From assembly GCA_965235115.1 (NCBI GenBank), contig OZ249441.1, forward strand, positions 17,732,001 through 17,796,000: a DNA stretch of 64,000 nucleotides, written 5' to 3'. This document shows, piece after piece, positions 24,561 through 38,544 of this stretch; the stretch's first letter is position 1, and the number at the start of each line of letters is the position of its first letter. The translations under genes were made by a program, and so were the position numbers. The notes beneath the pieces were generated by a model that was not told the origin of the DNA, did not search any database, and saw nothing but the letters and a program-made list of their open reading frames with translations. The stretch is from Laetmonice hystrix. Taxonomy: Eukaryota.

Positions 24561-27500
24561 TGCGGCCCTCAGCGGATCGTAATCCGACCAGACGGCCGCC
24601 TTCTCCTTCACTGCTCGCTTAGTCCTCCACCCATCGAAATCAAGTCCGTTTTGCCACTTTATCGTGGATTAAGTCCGTTTTGCCACTTTACCGTCATAAA
24701 GTATGTTATAATGTTAAAGAAAACTGTCATCGATAGAGTCGCTGTGTGTTTTGTACTCAGAGTCATTGACAGAAACAATTGCCTTTGATTTGGGAAATGA
24801 ATTTGTAAACCCTTATTGACAAGAATGCCAGTTTGCCGTTTTCTTCTTCTTCTCTGCCAATAGGTGGGAGTATATATTTAGGAAGTCAGCCTATTTCTAT
24901 CCGCTCCTAGAGTTTAAATGAAATAGGTTCCATTCTTTTACACTAGAATTCCTAGTTATAATCGCAATATTATTGTGAATAACAACATCTTTCCGGGGGG
25001 AGGGGTTAAGGCGGGGGATTAAATCAAAGAAATAAGATGTTATATTGAGTGTACTTATTACACGGCTGATCGTTGCCGTACTCTAGCCCCACGGATGTCA
25101 CTCAGTGAACCTTGGGGTTAAAGATAACAGCTGATGATGAGTATGAATGATGAGCAGACAGCCGCTGCCCACCACAAACCTGCCCACAAATCGGTAAGTA
25201 GTACACTGGTTCCTGCCCCACAGCCACACCATCCGGCCACATGAGAGCAGCAAAACTCTCTGTACCTTTAAGTGGCAATTCGTACTCCTGCCCGCAAGGC
25301 TCAACCTCCCCCCCCCCCCTCCTGATTGGTAGAAATTGAAAGTTTTGAAATGGCTGCGAGCTGTCCACCAGCGTGAACAGATGGGAACGTATGACTAGAC
25401 CTGTCAGCTACCTGGGTGGGATGTACGGAAGTCTAATTAAGTCGTCCCACATATGGGGGTTGTGGTTAGGGGGAAAGCCCTGCCTCACAACCATGCTCCA
25501 CTGGATCCCTTTTTCTGCTGATGGCTAAGGCAAGATCAAACAGATGCTTCATCGCCAGAGGTATGTGAATTGGTATAGAAAGACCACCCCTGTACCAAAC
25601 ACTAACACGCACCCAACAGCCCCAGGGCTAAGTTTGAGGGCATGACCGATGTCTGGCTTCAAACGATCTTCTATGGTGCTTTCCGTTTTTATCTAATGTA
25701 CAGATTGGGCCATGAAATAAAATAACAGTTATTTGAAATTTCCCTTTATAGTCTACCGTCATAGACAGCCCAACATATATGTAATACATAAAGCCTTTAC
25801 TAGGTATAATTCTTGTTCTACGTAACCAAACATTTATATCTTTACCACCTTTTGTCACCTACATTTTTGGGATTCCAGAACATACAAAGATAGTATATTT
25901 CAGCCCATAGTGCTAGTGTCAGGTTTTGCTCAGTGTCGACCATCTTCCTCAGCAAGCGCTAAAACATGTTTGACAGTTTACAACAGATTCACAGGTTTCT
26001 AGACTTGATCGTTTTAACTGATCTAATTATATAAATGATCACGTTTTCCGGAGGTCACACAGGCAGGTGTGAGAAGGGATCAACTCCTGTCACTGATTTC
26101 ACCGTAGATTTGATGCCCTCGGACTGATCCATTGAATGGGACAATTGATCAGATTGACAACACTGGCCGGTCAGTATCAGGTGGTTGGATTGTGTAAGGA
26201 TCAGTAATATGTTATTACTTGCTCGGTAGACCCGTCAATGAAGACTTGAGTGAGTCTATTGGGAGCTGAACGTGTGGATTCACATCTTGTTTTACACTCG
26301 ATCAAAGTGTCAGACCACATCAAGGGTCAGCTCGTATTAGGGCGTCACTGAAAACGGATCCAATTCCGATTAGATGGGAAGACATTTCTACAAGAATGGT
26401 TGTGTTATTTAGGGATCTTCACCTTTTCTCTCCTCATGTCGGCATCTCCACTTTACCGGAAAAGGAATTCGACTATTTTTACTTAGAATATTTTTAGTCT
26501 GACGCGTTTGTGTGCCGAGTGGAGAGAGAAAGTATTCGATGGGTTATCGTACTTTACGGTGCGTGTGCAGGTCATTGTGGCTGAGTTCCAGCAGACTGAA
26601 GGTTTCTCTATAGCCAGGCTATGTATGTTGTTTTGTCCAGTGTTGACGTGGCTTACGTAAGAAATATAATCATTTCGACCGTCTGTTTTGATATTCAGCA
26701 GATATGAAAATTGACCGCAACATGTGGTTTTATTTAATTAACCGTGTATATGTTACATGGAGATTGACAAGATTTGGTGAATGACCTCGTCGGTTAGAGC
26801 TCAACCCATTGCAGTGAATTATGCGCTAATCCAAATCTACCCAGCAGGACAGTGGACAGCAGTCGGGACTTGGTATCAGTCGTGTACTTGGATATTACTG
26901 GGTGTGTTAACCGTAACACGTAACCAAGATAATCCACCATCTCCAAGCTGTCCATCACACTTGCTATTGATAATACTCGACACACATAACACCACTCCTC
27001 ACTGCTTGAAAAACAAGACTTCCAGCACTAATGAGCTAAATGACTGTGTGCTTATGGTGGCCATAATTAGAGTTATACAAACACAGGCTGTTGTTATTGT
27101 CTGATGATTGGCCGAGGCGGACGGCGAAGTGCATGTCGGGATTATTGGCTAGTAAGGTCAGCGTCTGTATGACCCCTGCACGGAGGAGCCCGCCTATTGT
27201 TTCTGCTCGGCAAGTGTGTAATAACCCCGCAGCATGTTCCCTTACAGGGCGACCTGATAGGGTAATTATAGGGTTGTCTTTATTTACAAGATATACAGAT
27301 ATAGTCCAACAATGGGTACATACAGGTGGGTTAATGTATTACCACCTGCTGATGGCGACATTCAGACATGTCCGGTAAAACTTCTAGCTGCTTTAAAGAG
27401 TTTTAATTACTTCTGTCAGTAAATAGGAGGAAGGATGAAATTCTGGGATACTCTCAGGATATGTCGGCAAGGTTTATGAAAATTGATATTGACTGTCAGT

Positions 27501-27720
27501 GTAATAACTTTAGCCACTTATTTACACATGTTCGATAGCGAGGACGACAGAAAGTGTTCTCACAGACTGTTCAGGAAGGTCTCCGGTTTATGCCAAGCTT
27601 TCAATGCCGTTCACCATTGGTGATCATGTCTGGCCGGGGTACAGGCGTGGCAGTTTTTAATTCTTCATGATTTAGCCTACTTATTAGGCCCGCCAAATTC
27701 CTCAGCATAATAACGAACTC

Positions 27721-28159
27721 AACTATACCCGACCACACACTTAAAATAGTATTTGTGTGGAGATCCAATTATAAAAACTATACCCGACCACACAGTTAAA
27801 ATAGTATTTGTGTGGAGATCCAATTATAAAAGCTATACCCGACCACACAGTTAAAATAGTATTTGTGTGGAGATCCAATTATAAAAACTATACCCGACCA
27901 CACAGTTAAAATAGTATTTGTGTGGAGATCCAATTATAAAAACTATACCCGACCACACAGTTAAAATAGTATTTGTGTGGAGATCCAATTATAAAAACTA
28001 TACCCGACCACACAGTAAAAATAGTATTTGTGTAGAGATCCAATTATAAAAACTATACCCGACCACACAGTTAAAATAGTATTTGTGTGGAGATCCAATT
28101 ATAAAAACTATACCCGACCACGCAGTTAAAATAGTATTTGTGTGGAGATCCAATTATAA
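27721..28159. repeat. Minisatellite, 55-bp unit, 8 copies
   Basis: Unit AACTATACCCGACCACACAGTTAAAATAGTATTTGTGTGGAGATCCAATTATAAA, with an internal inverted pair CCACACA/TGTGTGG. Confidence 0.96.
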
Positions 28160-30121
28160 TCAAATATAGAGATACAGCAGGCACCACGGCGGTAATTGAC
28201 GGTCGCTAAATGATGAGGTACGAACCTTGAATAACGTCGTTAGTTCAGCATGTGCTATTCATGACGTCACGTAACATGCTCAATTGAACTTATACAAGGG
28301 TTACCTATTACGAACTATTGATACATTAAGTATGTGAGGAACCTTTATTTGAGTAAAGGTGTAAAATGGCACGGAAATAAAATCCCGATAGTTGAGACTG
28401 ATGTGATTGTGTAGACAATTGATTGAGTTGATTGGAGGATTTGTCTGTGTGAATCCCTGTGAAGATATTAGGACGGGTCCGTTCTGGGAGACTATCATGA
28501 TAGCAATGGTCTGTTTTGTGGAGTAGTTAAGGTGTCTAGACTCGGACCTTCGGAACGATTATAACGTGACAACTGTAAGAATGTAGCACCAATTAATAGC
28601 TATTAGCACACCCTTGTCTGAATGTGTCCGGATCGACAGGTAATGGGACTTTGATCGTCGACCCGACTCACCTGTTCAGCCTCAGGTGTGGCTTTGATGT
28701 GTGGTCATTACTGAGTGACGTAACATATACCTTCCTACCGCTTATTGTTCACCTGCTAATTTACTCAGCACTCAACAAACCCAGCCTCCCATTGTACGAG
28801 CTATCTGACCGAATCATTGTCACCCTCCTGTCTGTGCGAGATGCGATGCTTTTGATCACTTCGACAGAAGACGGGTTAAGTTCAATTGGGACGTGGACTG
28901 CCGAGTGGAACGTCCTGATCAGGGGTGGACGGTGGGGACTAACTTCAGGGTGTAGATACCGGGTATAGATACTCCTGATAATCAGGCAGTGATGGTGTCT
29001 GATATGGCATGTTTTAAACACGCTTATCTTGGGGTAATTAAGTGGCCATGATGTAAGTTAGGACGACTGTAACTGCTACAATTATACAAAGTAAGAGTAA
29101 TATTACATTTGAATAGGGACGGGTCGGGGAGCACATCTTTTTGCCCCTAAGGCCTCGTTCATACACAGGGAGTAGCATGCAGGCCTATCATTATTGCTTT
29201 ATCATTTCGTTGTATCTACCCCGACAATTAATTACATTACAGGTGGTTACTAATTCACTCTTATACAATATGATAACGTTAACTACAGACAATCTATTGT
29301 GTAACACTGTAATTTGTACGGAGTATCTGCTGTAATTCTCGGCAAAACTAGGAAACAACCGAGAAATTTGAATTTGTTTAACCAATAGGAGTCCACGGCG
29401 GCTACTTTAGAGAAATCCGCTCTGTGCTTATATTGGCTGTTCGGAAGTTCACTATACCACAGGACAAGTGGCACTGATAATGATAATGACGTATAATCAA
29501 GTATAATCCGTTGTAATTTTCCTTTGCTGATTTTTACAAAGAACTAATTCTAAGGAAGCAAAGATAGGATTAATGTTTCTCTTTGTAAGACCTTGTCCTA
29601 CAAACTGTGGTTGTACCGGTGTATAATGAACGGCCAGGTATATCAGACAGAGAACTACATGTATGTTTAGGCGATCCTAGCAATCCCAATGTCACCGTTA
29701 TACATGTATACGCTGCCAGGGGTGGGGATTAAGTGTATAATACATGAGATTAGTATCCATTATCCTATCCAGCTTGTAGATGAAGCTCATTGTGGGTTTG
29801 TTGTTTCCACTGTGGCCGAAACAGAATTCTTGTTGTATATGTTGAATCACGATACAGCTGACTTTATAGTTCCTAGAGGACGGGACAGTTGAAAATATCT
29901 CTTAAAATATTTTCGATCAGAAGGCTTTGTTGAGATTAGTGATTGTGACAGTGTGACATGTATAGTATAGAAACTCAGGGCCCCTGAATATGGTCCTATG
30001 CAGCCGCAGCTGAAAACAGGAAACTCTTTTTGTTCTATTACCAATACACTTTGTGAAAGATTGTGCAGGAGGCAGCCAAGTATGAGATGAGACGAAGTAG
30101 TCAATAATCTGACCCATGGAT

Positions 30122-30397
30122 CCGGCGCCTGACCACAGCCCGGCGCCTGACCACAGCCCGGCGCCTGACCACGGCCCGGCGCCTGACCACGGCCCGGCGC
30201 CTGACCACAGCCCGGCGCCTGACCACGGCCCGGCGCCTGACCACGGCCCGGTGCCTGACCACGGCCCGGCGCCTGACCACAGCCCGGCGCCTGACCACAG
30301 CCCGGTGCCTGACCACGGCCCGGCGCCTGACTACGGCCCGGCGCCTGACCACGGCCCGGCGCCTGACCACGGCCCGGCGCCTGACCACAGCCCGGCG
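30122..30397. repeat. GC-rich minisatellite, 18-bp unit, ~15 copies (coding status unresolved)
   Basis: Unit CCGGCGCCTGACCAC(A/G)GC, lying inside ORFs on both strands. Confidence 0.95.
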
Positions 30398-33181
30398 GAC
30401 CCCATGGGAACGTCGGCCAGCCAGGAACGCTGTCAGCGTCCAGTCACACAGACACCCACGATCTGTTTGTTGATGAATCACCAAGGTCATCTGCTGAGTC
30501 CATCTCAAGACGTCCCCCGTCGGACAGCCGATAACAACCGAACACTTTAATGATCAAGTTGCATGGCGCTGAGCTGACTTTACGTAAGGCGCGCTAACTG
30601 ACAGATACCACCAAGATGATCGGAGTGGCCAGCTCAAGTCATCCAAATACTAGTAATCGTCCTGTTTGGAGTGTCAATAAGATTACGTCAGCCTTGGGTC
30701 AGACTTGACAGACATGTGTCTGGACACTTGTAGGGTCGGGGGTCAAAGGTTGGCTACAAGGTCAGGACTCTTGATTAGGGCATCCATCACGGTGGGGGTC
30801 GGTGTTGGTGTGAGGATCCGGGAGGGCGTGACGGCAGGTCGGCAGGTCGGCAGGTCGGCGACACGTACGAGAGTAATTTGTCGTGGCGTCCACTTTGTCG
30901 CAATGCCTCGGAATCGATCAGCAGTCGAAATTCTGATCACAGTGATCGCCGATGCATGTCGGCCGAGTGTGGCCCAAAATCTGGGGTGGATGTTAAGTTA
31001 CTCAACTTGTTTTAACAGCGTGGTTTGACGCTAGCCTTGTCGCTAGCCTAACTTTGAGGATCCTCCTTCAACCCAGCAAGTTACACCTCAACGTCCGAAA
31101 TCGTATATTTCGTAGTCTTTTCTCGAAATTAGCCAATCAGCCAAACATAGAAATCATGAACAAAATGAGTATTGAGTTTATAAATTGTTGTCTGTTACAG
31201 TAGTTATCAGATTGGGTTCACACAGATAGTATGACATTATGATTAATCAGGACACGAGGATTGTAATAATTACATACATATCACCGATTACATACGTCTT
31301 ACATTATCGGATAGCTGGCATACAATGCTCTATCATCATACAAGAAGCTGCCAACCTCTTCCTTACGTACTTACATAATATACATATCCGATATGTATCT
31401 CCATGTTGCCAAGTTTATCGTTACTGTATCACCATCTGTTGAGACCGGTGATACAGTTTGAAATATCCACCATTATAGAAGTTCCGCGAGTTGAGTCTGC
31501 AGGGGCGTGGATCTGTAGTAACTAATTAAACAATCACACTTCAGACGGTAAGTCGGTAAAGGTAACACAGAATGGAAATATACGCCCGTATACTACAGGA
31601 GACGGGAAGATACTCCGATCTTCTGGTAAGTTCTATAGGTACCGCCACAATCTGGGGACAGAAACTTCAGGGTCGACTTTCCCGTGACGTAAGACCTCTG
31701 CGCCTGTCTCTGTTTTCATTCTGATTAAGTCGAAACCTGACATGATGTCGACCAGCCTCATCGTGATTTCCAGATTAGCAGGTCTGCTGGTGCCAGGGTT
31801 AACACAGTAATTAGGGTTAATTTTAATTAATTGGCTGCCACAAGCAGTATGGTGTACTGTCTGCGGTCTTTGAGACTGCTATTCCTTTGGCTGTTTACAT
31901 AGGTGGCACAGTAATGCTTCATTAGGGCCGTGTGTTTGGAAATATCAGGACAAACTCGAGGCCCTGCTAGTGGCTCGGGCAGATTTAATTGTTGATAAGT
32001 GGCCCGGGGGTTGGGCAGATCCTAACCATGGTTTATTCTGAGGGTTATCGCTGAAAACGGTGCTGGTTTCAGGTTAAATCATTGGCTTCGGGCGGGGGTG
32101 GAGTATAGGGGTGAGGGGGGGGGGGGTGATTGGGATCAGGTGGGGGTGGGACACCAGTATTCTCATATAATTAAACAGGAACACATGCGGACGGACCCAA
32201 GTAAAGGCTGTAAAACCAACCTGTAGATCTCAATCTCCTTCTTGGGATCAAAACTTTGTCTTTGTCTTTGAAAAAATGTGTGACCCCGTGTGGTTATGTA
32301 CTTAACCTTGGGAAGATGAGCATCTGAGTGCACCCAATAGTAGGCGTCGTACTTTATGTCGTTAAATCGTTATAGATTAACTAAATACGGCACTCTACAC
32401 TGTTCTCTAATACATCAACATTTATATTGTCTCCCATGTGCGTGTTTGTAATAAGTTCCGCCCTGTTTTTGAATACAATACGGAAACATTATATACTGAC
32501 TGTTAACATCGCCGCCCGAGTGTGATGAAAACGGCCTCAGGTGATGCAGGCACTTATAACAGGAGCTTCGCAAAGACAGTTTAAAAACTTCCAAATCTGG
32601 CAAAGTTTGTTTAACATTAAACGCAGCCCCTTTGCCTGTTAGCCTTGCACCATGTTTTATATTATGGTAAAGTAACTGTTTAATTGGTTCCTTCCTGCCT
32701 GCTGTGGAGAAGGAGGCATCCGTTAGATTCTTATCAGATCCAAATGGTGAGACGTCCCCTCGAGCATGAGATTTTTGTTCCTGCAATCCCCAGTTAAGAT
32801 ACCCTTGTCTGGGGGTGTAGGAGCCAGCCCTAATCCCTTTAACACCAGGCAAGCGTGATCAGTCTGTGGTCCGATCTGGTCAGTGTCTGGGAGGTGGTGA
32901 AGTCGCTGCTTTCCCAGGGTGTGGAATGGCGGCATCATGTTGTGCTGTCTGTCTCTTAATGAGATTTTAATCACCATATTGATTGGTACGTTATGCATCG
33001 GTATTTCAGGCAGGGCATTCGGATTCTCTTCTTGTGAAATAAAAGTTGCTTTCTCAAGACTACGTGAAATTCTTTGTGCTTAGGACAGTGAGATGAAAAA
33101 AATGTATGGTAAGCTTACTTTAGAGTCAGAGTTAGGTCTCTTTGTTTAATTCTGGAAATGTTTGGGTTTGTTTCATGATTG

Positions 33182-33667
33182 TATTATGGTATCTGCAAGG
33201 CGTAAGGACATAGCCCATCCTATTATGGTATCTGCAAGGCGTAAGGACATAGCCCATCGTATTATGGTATCTGCAAGGCGTAAGGACATAGCCCATCCTA
33301 TTATGGTATCTGCAAGGCGTAAGGACATAGCCCATCCTATTATGGTATCTGCAAGGCGTAAGGACATAACCCATCTTATTATGGTATCTGCAAGGCGTAA
33401 GGACATAGCCCATCCTATTATGGTATCTGCAAGGCGTAAGGACATAGCCCATCCTATTATGGTATCTGCAAGGCGTAAGGACATAGCCCATCCTATTATG
33501 GTATCTGTAAGGCGTAAGGACATAGCCCATCCTATTATGGTATCTGCAAGGCGTAAGGACATAGCCCATCCTATTATGGTATCTGCAAGGCGGAAGGACA
33601 TAGCCCATCCTATTATGGTATCTGCAAGGCGTAAGGACATAGCCCATCCTATTATGGTATCTGCAAG
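33182..33667. repeat. Minisatellite, 39-bp unit, ~12.5 copies
   Basis: Unit TATTATGGTATCTGCAAGGCGTAAGGACATAGCCCATCC. Confidence 0.97.
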
Positions 33668-34308
33668 AACATTCTGGCTAAACTCGATCCAATTTCCTCT
33701 TACATAACTACTCCATGATACCTCCTATGGATGGGTGACTTTTAATTGTGTGGCTTTGAAGTGCTAATTATGATGAATGTGTCCTGATGGTCAAACTGAC
33801 CAGCGCTTGACCCTTGCCGCTGGCCAGTCGCCCACTGGTCAAGCCCCAGTTCTCCACGTGGACCTCCATGATAAATGGATGTACAGATGGTGAGTTGAGT
33901 AATATTTCTGCTGCCCTAAGATGGATGTAGCCAATGAGGTGATGCTTTATTAAAGGTAGCTCAAGTAGCCGATAAGCACCAACTATCGCATTCCATATCC
34001 TATGTTGAACTCGATATGAAAACTGGTTCATGCAGACAGTTGGGGTCAGTGAGTTGGACTAGGAGTAGGAGAACGGGGTGACCTTCCGAGTTGACCTTTT
34101 AATTGGGAAAATTAAAACAAACCTGTACGCAAGTTCGGACACATTGCATTACGCTTTGATATTGTACTCCAAAATATGTAAGGTTGGGTCCACTAAAATG
34201 TAAAAAAATGATTTTATTTTTTCAATAACGAAGTGACGTATAATCTGATGACCTTTTGACTTCCGCTCATTGTCCTTTCATTGGAAGCAGTATATGACTA
34301 CGTCGGCC

Positions 34309-34366
34309 CACATACATACTGCCCTACTATATACATACTGCCCTACCACATACATACTACCCTACC
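34309..34366. repeat. Short tandem repeat, ~20-bp unit, 3 copies
   Basis: TACATACT(G/A)CCCTAC three times. Confidence 0.8.
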
Positions 34367-35440
34367 ATCTGTATCCAATACACTTTCTGGAATCTTGACA
34401 AACTTCTGACAATATTGATGTGAGTCATCTAGATAAAATCCAAGTGGGTATTAATTTCAGGTTGGCAGTTTGACTCGGAGGGGACAGGCCGATCCCATGT
34501 GGCCGACGCCTGGTCACAGTTGTATTGTATCCGTCAGGTGTCCTGTCATAATATTGACGGCCAAGGACAGCAGTCGACGTGTCCCTGTTTACAAACAGTC
34601 CGGCTACGGATGACATCTGCAAATTAAAAACCGGCGCGTGCGGCCTGACGGAGCGGGAGGGATATTGCGGGATGGTGCAGGGTTAGTATACAACTGATGT
34701 AACTTGGTCACTGCTGCTACTGCCACCTGCCAGCCATCAGCCGGCCCTCCTCCACCTCCTCCTCCTCAGCCCTGGGAGAAATGACAAATCTTTGCTCGTT
34801 GTCCTGAACTGAGGGGTTAACTGTTCAACACCTGCCACAGAATGCGACCCCTGATTAATGGCACACACACCAGCTCATGTCTTCATGGATAAACAGGATT
34901 TAGGCACAAAAGGCAATCTGGGATGTTCTGACGTAAATTGCGGAGAACGGCTTAGTGAGGGATTTAGAAGCTATACGGACCGTCAATACATTGTGAGAGT
35001 GGAGGTTTAGGAGATGCCCGGTATAGATTAGTAAGCTATAGTGAGCGACAATGGGTGGTCCCTGAGGCAGGTGTGTGTGTCCGCCCCCTATGGTTATAAC
35101 AGTAGTCCTGTAGGTAACGAACCTTATTGTACAGGTAACAGAAATTGAGCGTCTAGCAAGTTTTTCTTGTGGATACAGCAGATAGTCGTAACGTAGGAAT
35201 GATAACGACTTTTGCAGGTCTATTTGGACTTTGACTGAAACGTGTCCTGTATTGGCACTGAGCTGTACGAGTGGAGAAGTCTCATATAATGTGATATATA
35301 TGGGCGACGCACCCATTTTTCAATGGATTACGACCGCCAGGAAAGTTTCCGAATAGGCAAAAAACAAAGAAGACCATCCGTCGCGAGCATCAATTTGTTT
35401 AAATAAAACGCGCAGATTTCATCGGAAGGACCCAGAGCCG

Positions 35441-35520
35441 GGGTCCGCAGATGGTGGTAACACAGGGTCCTGCAGATGGTGATCCGGGGCTGCAGATGGT
35501 GGGATAGGGCTGCAGATGGT
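35441..35520. repeat. Short tandem repeat, ~20-bp unit, 4 diverged copies
   Basis: GCAGATGGT core four times. Confidence 0.75.
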
Positions 35521-35722
35521 AGTTCATACCTTGGTTACGTAAGGGACGAGCCAAGGAACCCTCCCTCCACACGTAGGAAGAGGAAGGGAGAGAGATGTGA
35601 CCAGCACTCACTACTCGCCCTACTCCCGAATAAAAAAAAAAAATTCCGATATTCTGTCAACCTCGGGACAGGGGGACAGGGGCACTGCAGAAACAAGGTG
35701 GTTATGAATGGGTAAAATGAAG

Positions 35723-35723
35723 A

Positions 35724-35770
<47 letters not shown>

Positions 35771-35771
35771 A
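35723..35771. repeat. (AAAT)12 microsatellite
   Basis: Read directly from sequence. Confidence 0.95.
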
Positions 35772-38416
35772 TTGCATTTTGTCGACCCACGAGAATACAT
35801 CTTTTTAATTTCTTGTGATTCATGCAATGAATGTCGCATACTGACATAACTCCACATCTATACAGCCAAAATATGGTCAATCCGGCGTTAATTGCCACGT
35901 GCTATATACAGAACCTGCTAATTACAAAATGTGACCATTCATGGCAATGATAATTATATGGTTACTTGTCCAGATGTCATTGCCCATGCTGGTGACCCTC
36001 TGTTTGCCTGGCCGGACGTTACCCGAGTCGGGCCGGGGTGTATGTCGAACGTATGTCTCACTCTCAGCCTCCCGTGGTCATGGGAACGGTGGGGTCACCG
36101 TCTCCATGGTAATTATCTCTCACATCCCCATCCTTAGATACCAGGCAGATAAGGTCGAACAGTTGAAAATTCAATAGGAGTTTTAACTGTATGTCAGCTC
36201 TTCTATAATCTACGTGTCATCCAGTCCCAGCGTCCTGTCAAAATTCATCATAATACAAAATATCCCCCTCCCACCAACGGCAAGCGTCGCTTGCCCTGTT
36301 CTCTCTCTGCGGGTACCGCTCTCCCTCTCTCTCTCCTTTCATACCCCTCTCTGTGAGGCACTATAATAGGTATTCAGATATTTCAAGGTTGGCGTGTATG
36401 TTTGGTGCCATCCTTGCTCATCGAATACCAGTGGTTCTATTATGACGAAATAATCAGCCAACTGACGTCATGATTGGTAGCCATCGTGTAAACGTTGCTC
36501 TATAGAAAACCTACCCTGTGTGTCTTGAGTGCAATATACCGGTGAAAACAAGACTACGGTGATTTCGATCATTTCTGTTTTACCATCTAATTGCCTTGAT
36601 GGAGGAGGAACCGTTAATGACTAATGATTACGAGTATTTTTAAGGTCAAACAACCAGTTCGATGGTGAAGAGGTCAGTGAACAATTGTTTTAGTTCGGTG
36701 GGTGACCGCAGGGGGGCGGCATGGTAAGTACCATTAATAGGTGACAACATCGGATTCTTTCTATACTGACGTTGTCATAATGGTGACCGGCGGGGTGGTG
36801 TAGCAGTTGGGTGTATTTTGGTGCTGAACTACAGGAGCAATTTTTATCTTAGGTTTTAAGAAAATTGGAGGATAATTGTTTGACATTGTCTAGCGACAAC
36901 AAACTATTTTGTAGGAAGAATTAAACCATAACGGTCTTGAAAAACGAAATGCCAGATCTGATCATCCCTTTAAACTGATACGAACTTAATGACTAATTGA
37001 TAACGAGTATGTTTGAGATCAAAACAGCGAGCACCATTTTACAAGTTAGAAGGAAATGTCATTTAGATAGAACCTATACAAAGCACTGATATCTATCCAA
37101 GATTTCAACATTAATTTAACATGTAAGGTACAAGGAACCGGAAGGACTACTTAAAGTTTTGAACTTCACCCTATAATAGAACAAAGGGATAATTGCCTAT
37201 CAAGGATTCATAGTCTGTGGGATATAACGACATCATCCCTTCCTGTGGGTACATTCTGCCCGGTTTAGACCGTTTAAATGTTGTGTAAGCCTGATGTAAT
37301 GCTACAAATGGTAATAATCTGTGGTGTTTCATTACCTATCAGTTACTGTTTCCTCCTTCAACCAATCACACGGTCATGAGGAGGCTCCCTGTGTACCCCT
37401 CTTCAAACACTCTATGCTCTACTTCCTCCTCGAACATTTCAAATTTGAAAAGATTCCTATCATTATGAGCTATCCGTTCCCGACCTCCCTGGGGTAACGA
37501 ATGTGAAGTGGTTGAAGACAAACGTCATGTCTGCAAGCACCATTCTCTCACTCCTATATTACCGCTCTAACGCCATTGGTTCATATTTTTCAAAGCCTAA
37601 ACACAAATTTGCAATTAATTACAGTATACAGTAATCTGGTAGGTTACATGTGTGATCTTTTCTGTCAGACCGCGTCGATTCTACGGTGCATTGTTACTAA
37701 TGTTAAACCCGTGTGACAATGTCTGGTGAGGGTGTAACCGAATCGGTACGGGATTACGAGAGAATGAATGCTGTAATTCCCTTGGTAAAGTCATAGTGAC
37801 TGTTTACTACAGCCGTGGGAGGGAGGGGTGGTGGGGATTAGTATAGAGAGAGGGGTTAACTATTGGTAAGGGCAGGTGTTATAATCACCTGTGACTGACG
37901 CGGAAGGTGCTGTGTCACCCCGATGTTACAGCAGGCAGCGAGTAATTTTTTCCCCTGGGGAGATATGATATCTAATTACTTTGTGTTCATTCCAGAGGAA
38001 TCGCGCGGCTTATTGCGTTTTACATAAACTGCCAGCGATAATTTCATTATGTCCGTCTTGCTGCTATCTTAGGTCATTAACTTTCGAGGTTTACTGACGA
38101 ATGGTGTTGGATACGTTGCATGTATATGGAAGAATATGACTAAATCTGAAATTATCAGTGACCCGTAAAATTTGTACACGGTATACGTCGGTGACAATTT
38201 CCTCAACTATATATCAGTACCAAATTTCTTCTGCCCTTCCCATAACCTTTTTACCTTACACTTCACTTTCATGGGAGGGTACCATTAGCCCCTTCCCTCT
38301 CTCTCCTCTCACCCCAGCCCTACCCCACCTGGCCCCCACCCTGGGGATGTGGTGTTGATGGCAGTGACCACAGCACGCCCCACCAGCCTCCCCACCTGCA
38401 TACCCTCCATACTTAC

Positions 38417-38544
38417 CTCCCCATCTCCTTCCAATCTCATCCCTAGAATCCTGTGACACATCATTTATATCGGCACCATACACGACGCCCCGTGTTAGGG
38501 AGTCGGCTTTCACCAAAGACCTCCTGTCTCCTTTCACGAGTCCC
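38417..38544 (-). CDS. Candidate exon GLVKGDRRSLVKADSLTRGVVYGADINDVSQDSRDEIGRRWG
   Basis: CTGTCACTTTCACAG acceptor and GAG|GTAAGT donor on the minus strand. 128 nt, single open frame. Confidence 0.4.

Noticed and set aside
26825-26880. NYALIQIYPAGQWTAVGTW resembling the end of a glutamate/ANF-receptor ligand-binding domain
   Set aside because: The resemblance is too short and no other exons of such a receptor were found.
32415-32998. 145-aa and 91-aa overlapping minus-strand ORFs
   Set aside because: No recognisable motif or clear splice boundaries, so I cannot distinguish them from UTR or chance ORFs.
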